This document shows, piece after piece, positions 47,494 to 56,507 of a DNA stretch of 64,000 nt. The notes below the pieces were generated by a model. The model searched no databases, was not told where the DNA came from, and saw only the letters and a list, made by a program, of their open reading frames with translations. Location of the stretch: the NCBI GenBank assembly GCA_963706575.1, contig CAVPNL010000012.1, positions 192,001-256,000 of the forward strand, read 5' to 3'. Numbering within the stretch: the first letter of the stretch is position 1; each line of letters begins with the position of its first letter. The position numbers and the translations under genes were made by a program. This DNA is from an uncultured delta proteobacterium. Its GTDB lineage: Bacteria > Desulfobacterota > Desulfobacteria > Desulfobacterales > JAHEIW01.

Positions 47494-48768
47494 ATGAATA
47501 TGAATGCTCAAGAAACTCACATCATTAAAACTGTCGATGCCATGCAGGACGACATTGTGGATTTGACAAAACGCTTGGTAAGCGAGCCCAGCACTTTAGG
47601 CAATGAAGCGGCGGTTTTATCCTTAATGGAAGGAAGCCTTGCACAACTCGGTTTGCAGCCGAAGAGAATACCGATCGATGTGCAGAGATTAACTTCTTCT
47701 GGGGGATTTGCACCCGTTCCATGGGAATATGAAAACCGTTACAACCTTGTAGCCACTGAACCCGCAGCAGGCAAAGGTGGTCGCAGCGTGTTGTTTAACG
47801 GTCACCTGGATGTCGTCAGCCCTGAACCTGAAGATTTGTGGCAACATGATCCCTTCAAACCGTTTATTCGGGATGGCTGGTTGTACGGGCGTGGGGCGGG
47901 AGACATGAAATCCGGGGTGGCAGCCATGGTGTACGCCCTGCACGCTTTAAAAAAGGCAGGGTTCGGGCTTAAGGCACCAGTAACCATAGAGTCCGTTATC
48001 GAGGAGGAATGCAGCGGAAACGGTTCATTGGCATGTATTTTGGCAGGACATGATGCCGATGCCGTACTGATTCCTGAGCCATTTGGCCCCACTATCCTCA
48101 CCCACCAGGTCGGGGTGGTGTGGTTCAAAATCGTTGTAAAAGGGGTCTCAAGTCATGTGCTGGCAGCTCCAACGGGAACCAATGCCATTGAAAAAATTTA
48201 TCCTTTGATTTCAGGATTACGTCAGCTTGAATCGGAATTGAATAATTCCAAAATCCCTGAACCATACGATAAAATTGATCATCCAATAAATTTGAACATT
48301 GGAGTCATAAAGGGTGGCGATTGGCCGTCGACTGTTCCAGCGGAGGCTGAGTTTCACGCACGGTTGTCCTATTTTCCTGGTATCAGCTTCCAGGAAATCA
48401 ACCAACAAATTGTTCAGGCTGTGGAACGCGTCTCTAAGGCTGATCCATGGTTATCCGAAAATCCACCGAAAATCGAGTTCTATGGCTTTCGCTCCGATGG
48501 TCACAGTATTTCTAAGGATCTGACAGCATTACGAACCTTAAACGATAGTCACCGGGCTTTAACCGGGCATGAGGCTGCAGAATATATTGCCACCTGTACA
48601 ACCGATCTGAGAGCGTTTATTCATTTTGGTCGAGGACAAGCAACCTGTTACGGTCCCATCGCTGAAAACATCCATGCTGCAAACGAACGCGTAAATATAG
48701 ACAGTGTAATGCTTGTTGCACGATCATACGCGCTTTTTTTAGCACGCTGGTGCGGGTTGGTAGAATAA
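47494..48768 (+). CDS. ArgE/DapE family M20 deacylase
   Basis: FNGHLDVV, YGRGAGDMKSG, EEECSGNG, IHAANE. Confidence 0.92.
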   Translation: MNMNAQETHIIKTVDAMQDDIVDLTKRLVSEPSTLGNEAAVLSLMEGSLAQLGLQPKRIPIDVQRLTSSGGFAPVPWEYENRYNLVATEPAAGKGGRSVLFNGHLDVVSPEPEDLWQHDPFKPFIRDGWLYGRGAGDMKSGVAAMVYALHALKKAGFGLKAPVTIESVIEEECSGNGSLACILAGHDADAVLIPEPFGPTILTHQVGVVWFKIVVKGVSSHVLAAPTGTNAIEKIYPLISGLRQLESELNNSKIPEPYDKIDHPINLNIGVIKGGDWPSTVPAEAEFHARLSYFPGISFQEINQQIVQAVERVSKADPWLSENPPKIEFYGFRSDGHSISKDLTALRTLNDSHRALTGHEAAEYIATCTTDLRAFIHFGRGQATCYGPIAENIHAANERVNIDSVMLVARSYALFLARWCGLVE

Positions 48769-49040
48769 ACCTGATAATTGAATTCTATCTATCGAAAATT
48801 TTGCCGACGTGCTAAGGCCCAATTCCAGTGATGAGTATAGAAATCAAGGCAAAAAGCTAAAAACTGGCACTAATAGTATTGTGGCGATGGTTATTTTTCC
48901 ATGTGCCAGTGAAATATACACCTCGTTTGATTGATCTGCAAGTTTCCAACTAACTAGCCATACTGAAGGTCTTCCGTAAAAAAATAGTGACAACCTGCCA
49001 CCTGTGCCGAGGAGAGAATTAGCGCACTCCACCAGGCACC

Positions 49041-50030
49041 TTATCTATGGTGAGATGAAAAGAAAATCACCAGGCTTTCCACCACCTCGGCCATAAATTC
49101 AAAATCCAGCTTGTCCATGGTGTCGGCCGCAGTGTGATAATAGGGGTTGCGGAAAAAGGCCGAATCGGTCACCATGACGGCTTTAAAGCCCTGATCCCAG
49201 AATGAGGCGTGGTCACTGAGCCTGACCGCCGGCATTACCCAGCCGTTCAAGGGAACGGTCAGTTTGACCACCGGAAGCTGCCGGTTCTTTTGAAACTGCT
49301 CAACCAATCCTCGCGCAAACCCACGGCTTTTAAAATTATTGACGATGCCGATAAAGTCGCCCTTTTGGGGGTAGTCCAGGAACATCAACGGGAAGGGGTA
49401 TTTCTGGCAGCCCGGCTCATGGCAGGCATAGCCGACCATTTCCAGGCAGATCATGCCGTCAATTTTTTCTTTTTGGCGACGCGCCATTTTGGCGTACACC
49501 CGACTGCCCATATGCGGGGTTCCATAGGCCGGCGGCTCTTCCAGCGCAAAAAAAACAAATTTCACCGCCAGATCGAGCGTATTGGTACCCGCCTGCTCGG
49601 CCAAATGCCGAGCCACCTCGAGCTGCACGGCAACGGCGCTGGCATTATCATCGGCGCCGACAGTTCCGCTGACCGAATCATAGTGGGCTCCGATCAGAAA
49701 GCGGTGCTTCGGGTCGGCGCGGAATGATATTTCAGCAGCGATATTATCAAGCGATTGTTCGGCGTATGAATACTTTTGGCGATCAACGGCGACATCAAGA
49801 TCCTCGAGAAAGGCGGTGATATATGCGGCCGTTTTCTCAAGGTTTTGCGGAAGGCGGACGCTGCGCTCGCCGATGGTCACGGTCAACGCATGCAGATGGT
49901 CCCGCAGGCGCTGCTGGGTTTGCCGGATGTCAATCATTGCCCCCTCTCTGCTAGCGGCATAAAGCACCCCGCTTGTAATCCATCCAAGGATAACGCCAAG
50001 AAGGCAAACTATGGTTGAAAATTTAATCAA
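49041..50030 (-). CDS. M28 family peptidase
   Basis: GAHYDS, GADDNASA, LEEPP, LEMVG, SDHASFW, YHTAAD. Confidence 0.9.
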   Translation of the reverse strand: MIKFSTIVCLLGVILGWITSGVLYAASREGAMIDIRQTQQRLRDHLHALTVTIGERSVRLPQNLEKTAAYITAFLEDLDVAVDRQKYSYAEQSLDNIAAEISFRADPKHRFLIGAHYDSVSGTVGADDNASAVAVQLEVARHLAEQAGTNTLDLAVKFVFFALEEPPAYGTPHMGSRVYAKMARRQKEKIDGMICLEMVGYACHEPGCQKYPFPLMFLDYPQKGDFIGIVNNFKSRGFARGLVEQFQKNRQLPVVKLTVPLNGWVMPAVRLSDHASFWDQGFKAVMVTDSAFFRNPYYHTAADTMDKLDFEFMAEVVESLVIFFSSHHR

Positions 50031-50040
50031 CTTCCCTATG

Positions 50041-50733
50041 ATGGCAGTCGTGGAAAAATTGATCGAAAAACCGATTCACTCCTGGGATTTGGAAATTCCG
50101 GAAGCAGCGGCCCTTCAAACCAGGCTTTGCCGACGCGTGGTGCGACAAACGCTCATAAATTTTGAGGATATCGACACCGTTGCCGGCGTAGACATCGGGT
50201 ACCGCGACGACACCGCCCGTGCAGCTGTTGTGGTGATGAGCCTGACAGACTTGAAGATCCTGGAAGAGGCGGTGGCGACCAGACCGGTTCAATTTCCCTA
50301 TGTTCCCGGTTTGCTTTCGTTTCGCGAGGGGCCGGTGATCATGGAAGCACTGGGCAAATTAAAAACAGCGCCTGACCTTTTAATGATCGATGGCCAGGGG
50401 ATCGCTCACCCCCGCCGTTTCGGTGTTGCCAGCCATATCGGCATGCTGCTGGATATGCCGACCATCGGCTGCGCCAAAACCAGACTGGTGGGCGCTTATG
50501 AACCGCCGCAACGCTCCGCCGGAAGCACGTCATTTCTGACAGACGCAGAAGAAACCATCGGGGCGGTGGTGCGCACCCGCACAGGTGTAAAACCCGTATT
50601 CGTCTCAATCGGGCACCTCATGAATTTAAACGACAGCATCCGGGTGGTTTTAAAATCCTGCCGCGGCTATCGCCTGCCCGAACCCCTGCGCAGAGCCGAT
50701 CACCTGTCGCGAAAAAACTTGTCTTCCGTCTAA
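50041..50733 (+). CDS. nfi: Endonuclease V (deoxyinosine 3' endonuclease)
   Basis: GVD, PYVPGLLSFRE, DGQGIAHPRRFG, IGCAK, LPEPLRRAD. Start is approximate. Confidence 0.95.
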   Translation: MAVVEKLIEKPIHSWDLEIPEAAALQTRLCRRVVRQTLINFEDIDTVAGVDIGYRDDTARAAVVVMSLTDLKILEEAVATRPVQFPYVPGLLSFREGPVIMEALGKLKTAPDLLMIDGQGIAHPRRFGVASHIGMLLDMPTIGCAKTRLVGAYEPPQRSAGSTSFLTDAEETIGAVVRTRTGVKPVFVSIGHLMNLNDSIRVVLKSCRGYRLPEPLRRADHLSRKNLSSV

Positions 50734-50764
50734 CCTCGAAGAGTTGAATCCAAGCAGTTATATA

Positions 50765-50847
50765 ACCACGAAGGACACGAAGAACACAAAGATAACATCC
50801 AAAGACTGATTTTAACTGCCCTTCGTGAACTTCGTGTTCTTCGTGGT
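50765..50847. repeat. 9-mer-periodic hairpin (accacgaaggacacgaag ... cttcgtgttcttcgtggt)
   Basis: Inverted arms between convergent genes. Confidence 0.8.
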
Positions 50848-50903
50848 AAGAAAAGCTCTGCGAAAAACGTAAGACAATTATTAGGAGTTAAGTGGTCGGC
50901 TCA

Positions 50904-52196
50904 TCACCCTTGGTTCATCAAATCTTCAATCTCTTCGGCCTCCCGCGGGATGGTCTTCGTTAAATCAACGGGACCTTTTGGGGTGATAAGGATATCATTT
51001 TCAATGCGCACCCCGATGGATTCGTCCCGAATATAAATCCCGGGCTCACAGGTGAAAACCATCCCCGGTTCAAATTTGCGATATTTATCACCATAGTCAT
51101 GCACATCCAGCCCCAGGTGATGGGAGGTCCCGTGCGGAAAGAATTTTTTATAAAGCGGCGAGTCCGCCGGCTGTTTTTTTATGTCCGCTTTTTTTAACAC
51201 GCCCAGGCGGATCAGCTCGGCTTGCATTAATTTGCCCACCTTTTCCTGGTAGGCTTCCAGGGAATTGCCCGGTCTGAGCATTTTAATGGCGGCTTTTTGA
51301 ATCTTCAGGACGGCATTGTAAACTTCTTTTTGTCTTTTTGAAAACTTCCCGTTTACCGGAACGGTTCGGGTCACGTCAGCGGCGTAATTGGCATATTCGG
51401 CGCCGAAATCAATAAGCACCAGATCACCCTTTTTGCATTGTTTATCATTTTTAACGTAATGCAGGGTGCAGGCGTCGGTGCCGGAGGCCACGATGGTTTC
51501 AAAGGCCGGGCCCCTGGACCGATTGCGCATAAACTCATGCACAATCTCGGCTTCCACCTCATATTCCCACACCCCGGGTCGAATAAAACCGAGCAGGCGC
51601 CGAAATGCTTTAGCGGTTATCGAGCAGGCCTCCTTGATAAGTTCGATCTCCTGTGGTGATTTGACAGCCCGCAAATCATGCATAATGGGCGCCAGACGCT
51701 CATAATGATGCAGCGGAAAAGCCTGTCGGCACCATTCAAGGAATCGCCTGTCCCGGGTCTCAACGGTAACTGCGGCCCGCACGTGTTCATTGGTATTTAA
51801 ATAAACATTTTCAGATTGAATGATCAGCGCCCGCAATATCCCACCTAGCTCGGAGGTCCAGTGAACCGTCTTGATTCCGGAAATATCCTTGGCTGTCTCT
51901 TTCGAGTATTTCTGCCCTTCCCAGGTGGCAATCTGCTCGTTGGTTTCCTTTATAAACAGGATTTCTTTGTGCTTCTTTTCGGGAGCATCCGGATAAATCA
52001 CCAACACGGTTTCTTCCTGATCGATGCCGCTCAGATAAAACAGGTCCGTTTGCTGAATAAACGGGTGGGTACCGTCGGCACTGGTCGGCATGAAATCATT
52101 GGAGTTGAGAACTGCTACTGAATTGGGTTTTAGTCGCTTGCTGAAACGCTGCCGGTTTTTGACGAATAAACGCGGATCAATTTTCGGATATTTCAT
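50904..52196 (-). CDS. pepP: Xaa-Pro aminopeptidase (M24B)
   Basis: LHY, DFGAE..YAADVTRT, HGTSHHLGLDVHD, TCEPGIY, GVRIEND. Confidence 0.93.
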   Translation of the reverse strand: MKYPKIDPRLFVKNRQRFSKRLKPNSVAVLNSNDFMPTSADGTHPFIQQTDLFYLSGIDQEETVLVIYPDAPEKKHKEILFIKETNEQIATWEGQKYSKETAKDISGIKTVHWTSELGGILRALIIQSENVYLNTNEHVRAAVTVETRDRRFLEWCRQAFPLHHYERLAPIMHDLRAVKSPQEIELIKEACSITAKAFRRLLGFIRPGVWEYEVEAEIVHEFMRNRSRGPAFETIVASGTDACTLHYVKNDKQCKKGDLVLIDFGAEYANYAADVTRTVPVNGKFSKRQKEVYNAVLKIQKAAIKMLRPGNSLEAYQEKVGKLMQAELIRLGVLKKADIKKQPADSPLYKKFFPHGTSHHLGLDVHDYGDKYRKFEPGMVFTCEPGIYIRDESIGVRIENDILITPKGPVDLTKTIPREAEEIEDLMNQG

Positions 52197-52385
52197 ATTG
52201 TTTTACCCATGGGATTTAAGAGGTTATAACAAGGCTGCCTCGCTGTCCGATTCGAAGCGTTTTCAGAAATTATACACTATCTTAAGTTAGAATGCAGGAT
52301 GAAACGTGTCAAGCAAACAATCCTGGGTCGAGTTCGATAGGGGAAGAAAAGCGCGATGATAAGATTTCAGCGGCAGCTATAAAAA

Positions 52386-52438
52386 AGCGCCTAAAGCTGA
52401 AAAGCTTATCATCTATTTTTCTCAGCTTTAGACGCCTT
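52386..52438 (-). terminator. Hairpin terminator after 52493..54034
   Basis: agcgcctaaagctga ... tcagctttagacgcct preceded by an A-run. Confidence 0.55.
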
Positions 52439-52492
52439 CGCTAATTTAAAAATTTTTGCTACGTATTATTTTAAAACGCCGGTAGTGGCATT

Positions 52493-54034
52493 TTAAGATA
52501 ATACCAGCGGATACACCTTTATCACGGCATCAAATTTGGCTTTTTTATTTCCCTCACCGGCTTCAACGCCTTCCTGACCTTCGACTATCGTTAAGATCGT
52601 CTTGAGGGGGTAACTGTACTGCAATTTTTTATCTTTTACTCTGACACTGAAAAATTCTTCATTGGCATCCACCAGTTCGGCTTCTCTTATATCAGAAGAA
52701 TTATCATAATTAATCCCGATGGCCTTGCCTTTGTATCTTTTGAGCAAGCCCAGCATACGCTCATAGGGCTTGATGCTTGCAGCGGCAGTCTGCGCCATCC
52801 CGGTGCAGGCACACTGAACTTCCTGGGATGATGCTTCGGCCCTGGTCTGAGCTTCTTTCTGTTTTTTCAGTGCATCTGCCCTCGCCTGGGTTGCCTCCTG
52901 ATTTTTTAAAGCTCGTGCTTTGGCCAGGGCTTCTTTCTTTTTCTTTAAGGCTTCAGCTTTGGCCTGAGCCGCTTTTTGCTTCTTTAAGGCCTCGGCCTGA
53001 GCCCGGACCAGTTTTTTCTTTTTCATGGCCACGGTCTGGGCAGTTTTTTCTTTTTCCTGAGCTTCAATCTTGGCCTGAGCTTCCTGCTGCTTCTTGAGCG
53101 TATCTTGTTTCGCTTTTTCCGCCTGTTGATCCACCTTGGTGTTCTCTTCAACCAATTCAATCGGCATTTCAATGGTTGCCTTCACATCGGGCCTTTCTTC
53201 TACCTTAACCGGCGCCGCTTCAGCCACTGTTAATTGGGGCTTTTCTTCACTTTGGATTTCTTGTTCTGCCGGCGCAGCCGCATCTGCCGGTATTGAAGTT
53301 ACGGGTTCGACAACTTCAGTTACTGCTGTTTCTGTTTCGGCGGCTGTGTCCGTCTCGGATTTGGCTTCCGCTGACTCTTTTTCCTCCCGGTTTTCTTCCT
53401 TTTGGGGCTCGCCCAGGAGTTTGCCCCATGGGGATGATTTCACCGGAAGCGCCTCAGCCTTGCGATTCTGGCTGTCTTCTTTATCGGCCTTCGAATTAAG
53501 GGTTTCAGCACTTTGATCGTCTGCCTTTTCAACCGCGAAGGGGGTGCCGGTCGTCTTTTGGATAGTCTCCATAGTGGCCGCTTCGATCGATTTGTCTGTA
53601 TTGACTTCCGATAGAAAAAGCGCTTCAGGATCTGCCGTTGCGTCTACGGTTTCCATGGCCGCTTCAATCGCTTCCATCTCAATCTCTTGATTTTCCGGAT
53701 GGTTATCCGCCTCCGGTTTGGGCACTTCCGGCGCTGCAGCTTCGGGTTTTATATCCGTGGTTTCTTCTTTTGGAATCTCCATTTCAGCGGTATCCTCATG
53801 GGGGTCGGGCCCCTTGATAATCTCATTTTTGAAAGCGTCGATTTCAGACGATGCTTGCGTTTCGTCCAACATCGCCTCGGCCTCTTCAATCGCTTTTCTT
53901 TTTCGATCATCCTGTATGATATGGGTGCTCATACCAGGATTCTTAATGAAAATGATACCGCATTGTACACACGACTCTGTGAGCTCATTATTGGCAAGGC
54001 CGCATTGCGGGCAGATTATCTCGTTTGCTTCCAT
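52493..54034 (-). CDS. Hypothetical protein: zinc ribbon + acidic disordered linker + K/A/Q coiled coil + small C-terminal beta domain
   Basis: CPQC...CVQC, an E/A/P-rich middle, and repeated A(Q/K)AEALKKQK. AGGAG RBS. Confidence 0.75.
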   Translation of the reverse strand: MEANEIICPQCGLANNELTESCVQCGIIFIKNPGMSTHIIQDDRKRKAIEEAEAMLDETQASSEIDAFKNEIIKGPDPHEDTAEMEIPKEETTDIKPEAAAPEVPKPEADNHPENQEIEMEAIEAAMETVDATADPEALFLSEVNTDKSIEAATMETIQKTTGTPFAVEKADDQSAETLNSKADKEDSQNRKAEALPVKSSPWGKLLGEPQKEENREEKESAEAKSETDTAAETETAVTEVVEPVTSIPADAAAPAEQEIQSEEKPQLTVAEAAPVKVEERPDVKATIEMPIELVEENTKVDQQAEKAKQDTLKKQQEAQAKIEAQEKEKTAQTVAMKKKKLVRAQAEALKKQKAAQAKAEALKKKKEALAKARALKNQEATQARADALKKQKEAQTRAEASSQEVQCACTGMAQTAAASIKPYERMLGLLKRYKGKAIGINYDNSSDIREAELVDANEEFFSVRVKDKKLQYSYPLKTILTIVEGQEGVEAGEGNKKAKFDAVIKVYPLVLS

Positions 54035-54423
54035 TTTAGGCCACTCCTTTGGCGTTGGGATCTATCCGGCGACATTTCATGCAAAATTGGTTGATTTTAT
54101 CTATTTTTTAAGTTTGAAACGCTCGATTTAGCATTTAATTCCTATTACCGGATTATAATGAGGTTATCGGTCCAAAGTCGTTTTTTCTTGAATAATATAT
54201 CCACTGTGCCACTTTTTATTTCGGAAACCCGGGAACACGATCGCGGAAAAGATAATAATTAAAATAATTACAGAATATTAAAAAATACCGCCAAAAGTAA
54301 CAACTCGGCGATGGATGATTGAAAGCACCCATTTTTTATGGTATCTGCTGGCATCTTAAAAAAACTCATTATCAACATTCAGTTAGACACAAATTTTCAG
54401 GGCTATTGGGACGCTATGAATTT

Positions 54424-54528
54424 TTCACCACAGAGCTCGCAGAGCACACAGAGAAAAATTATTAAATTATGCCGAATCACCTCTAACTTATTGAATTCAA
54501 TCTCTGTGTTCTCTGTGGTTAATAAACG
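54424..54528. repeat. Periodic hairpin repeat left of the OsmC gene
   Basis: caccacagag.tcgcagagcacacagagaaaa ... tctctgtggttaataaacg. Close copy at 54952-55067. Confidence 0.85.
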
Positions 54529-54548
54529 AGGATGAAAGGAGATACGGT

Positions 54549-54945
54549 TATGGCAATGGAAATCAGTTTCCCGGGCGGTAAAAAAGTCAATGCGGTTTTT
54601 AAGGGCTTTACGATCAAAACCGATCAAAGTGAAAAAGATGGTGGTGAGGGCTGCGCACCTACGCCTACTTTTCTGTTTTTGTCCTCGCTGGGCACCTGTG
54701 CGGGTCTGTATGCATTGAATTTTTGCGAGAAACGCAAAATCGACACGCAAGAATTAAGACTGGTGCTTGATTTTAAAACTCATAAAAAGACTCATATGGT
54801 GGAAAAAATCAGAATGACACTCACTCTACCACCAGATTTTCCGGAAAAATATACAGCGGCAATCGTCAAAGCGATGGATCTTTGCTATGTCAAAAAGCAC
54901 CTGCATGAGCCCCCCGAGTTTGAAACCATCACTCTAAAAAAATGA
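54549..54945 (+). CDS. OsmC/YcaO-associated OsmC family protein
   Basis: TDQ...GG.G.APTP..LFLSSLGTCAG, C.VKKHL..PP.F. AAAGGAG RBS. Confidence 0.88.
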
Positions 54946-54951
54946 AACTTT

Positions 54952-55067
54952 TTCCACCACAGAGTTCGCAGAGCACACAGAGAAAAATATTAAATCCAAA
55001 TCTTAATCTATTCTAACTTGCAGAATTTAATCTCTGTGCCCTCTGTGTTCTCTGTGGTTAATAAACG
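54952..55067. repeat. Periodic hairpin repeat right of the OsmC gene
   Basis: Direct copy of 54424-54528. Confidence 0.85.
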
Positions 55068-55113
55068 CAGATTTATCTGCCTTGGATTTTTAACCCCGAC
55101 AGAGAGACCAGCC

Positions 55114-56325
55114 ATGCCAGAGGAATCCGTTCCGGATAGAGCTTCAACGTCTGTTTCCCACTTGATCCTGAGCATCGTGGTAACCACCCTGTGCCGCCTG
55201 GTGCTCAATACGGCGCGCCGCTTCGTCTATCCCTTTGCCCCGGCATTAAGCCGGGGGCTGGGGGTACCCCTTACCGCAATTACCTCATTAATTGCCGTGA
55301 ATCAGGCCACTGCCGTTTTGGGCCTTTTCTTCGGGCCGATTGCGGATCGTCTGGGGTATCGTTTGATGATGCTCAGCGGGATGACCTTGCTGGTCGCCGG
55401 AATGTTTGCCGGGGGTCTGTTTCCTTTTTACGGGGTGATTCTGATCGCACTATTCATGGCCGGTCTTGGGAAAAGCATTTTTGATCCGGCCTTGCAGGCC
55501 TATGTCAGCGAACGGGTACCATTCCATCGCAGAGGCCTGGTGATTGGTATTCTTGAATTTAGCTGGGCCGGAAGCACCTTGCTGGGGATCCCGCTTATCG
55601 CTGTTCTGATTGACCGCCTGGATTGGCGGGCACCGTTCTTCGTGATGGGCGGACTGGGAGTTTTGGGTATTTTGGCATTAAGCATCCTGATCGAAAAAAC
55701 CGGGCAAAAGAAAGCAGCCGGGCAGTCTTTACCCGTATTCAGAGGGGCATGGCGGCAATTGCTGCGGGAACGCGCAGCGCTGGGAGCACTTTCTTATTCC
55801 TTCTGGATCAGTGTGGCCAACGATAACTTATTCGTCGTCTACGGCGCCTGGCTGGAAAAACAATTTGACTTGAGCATTGTGGCGCTGGGTCTGGGAACCG
55901 CGGTTATCGGTATCGCCGAATTGGCCGGTGAATCGTTCACGGCAGCACTGGCCGATCGCCTGGGTTTAAAACGATCATTGATCGGGGGCCTGACTGCCTG
56001 TCTTATCTGCTACGGCATCCTGCCCTTTCTCGGCCAGACCCTGGGGATGGCTTTGACCGGTCTCTTTTTTCTTTTTTTGACATTCGAGTTTACCATTGTA
56101 ACCGGCCTATCCCTGTTTACCGAGCTGGTGCCCGCATCGCGGGCAACGATGATGGCCACCTATCTGGCATCCGGCGGCGCCGGCCGGGTCGTGGGCGCGC
56201 TGATTGGCGGCCCCATATGGCTGGCGGGCGGCATATATGTCACAGCTCTGGTTTCTGCGGCCATCAGCGGCCTGGCGCTGGTATCATTGATCTGGGGACT
56301 GCGCGGCTGGCAAAAGCCTCATTGA
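55114..56325 (+). CDS. MFS transporter
   Basis: GPIADRLGYR and ADRLGLKR motif A, ~12 hydrophobic helices. Start placed at MPEES. Confidence 0.9.
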   Translation: MPEESVPDRASTSVSHLILSIVVTTLCRLVLNTARRFVYPFAPALSRGLGVPLTAITSLIAVNQATAVLGLFFGPIADRLGYRLMMLSGMTLLVAGMFAGGLFPFYGVILIALFMAGLGKSIFDPALQAYVSERVPFHRRGLVIGILEFSWAGSTLLGIPLIAVLIDRLDWRAPFFVMGGLGVLGILALSILIEKTGQKKAAGQSLPVFRGAWRQLLRERAALGALSYSFWISVANDNLFVVYGAWLEKQFDLSIVALGLGTAVIGIAELAGESFTAALADRLGLKRSLIGGLTACLICYGILPFLGQTLGMALTGLFFLFLTFEFTIVTGLSLFTELVPASRATMMATYLASGGAGRVVGALIGGPIWLAGGIYVTALVSAAISGLALVSLIWGLRGWQKPH

Positions 56326-56507
56326 GTGCCCAGCTCTCAATGAGGCGTTAGTTATTATTCGTTATTCGTTATTAGCCTTAATGATGCGAGCGATATACAC
56401 TGCTGTATTCTTCTGAAGCGATTGACCCATAACCATATCGTTGCGGGTTATTTTTTTATCGCTTTATTGCTATTGTTTAATCGGTTAAATGGATTACATT
56501 TCAATAT

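Noticed and set aside
48844..49032. 62-aa minus-strand ORF between argE-like and M28 genes
   Set aside because: No clear RBS or motif, so it cannot be supported.
4204..55067. Periodic repeats as a CRISPR array
   Set aside because: They are dispersed inverted hairpins without a constant repeat-spacer period, and there are no cas genes in the window.
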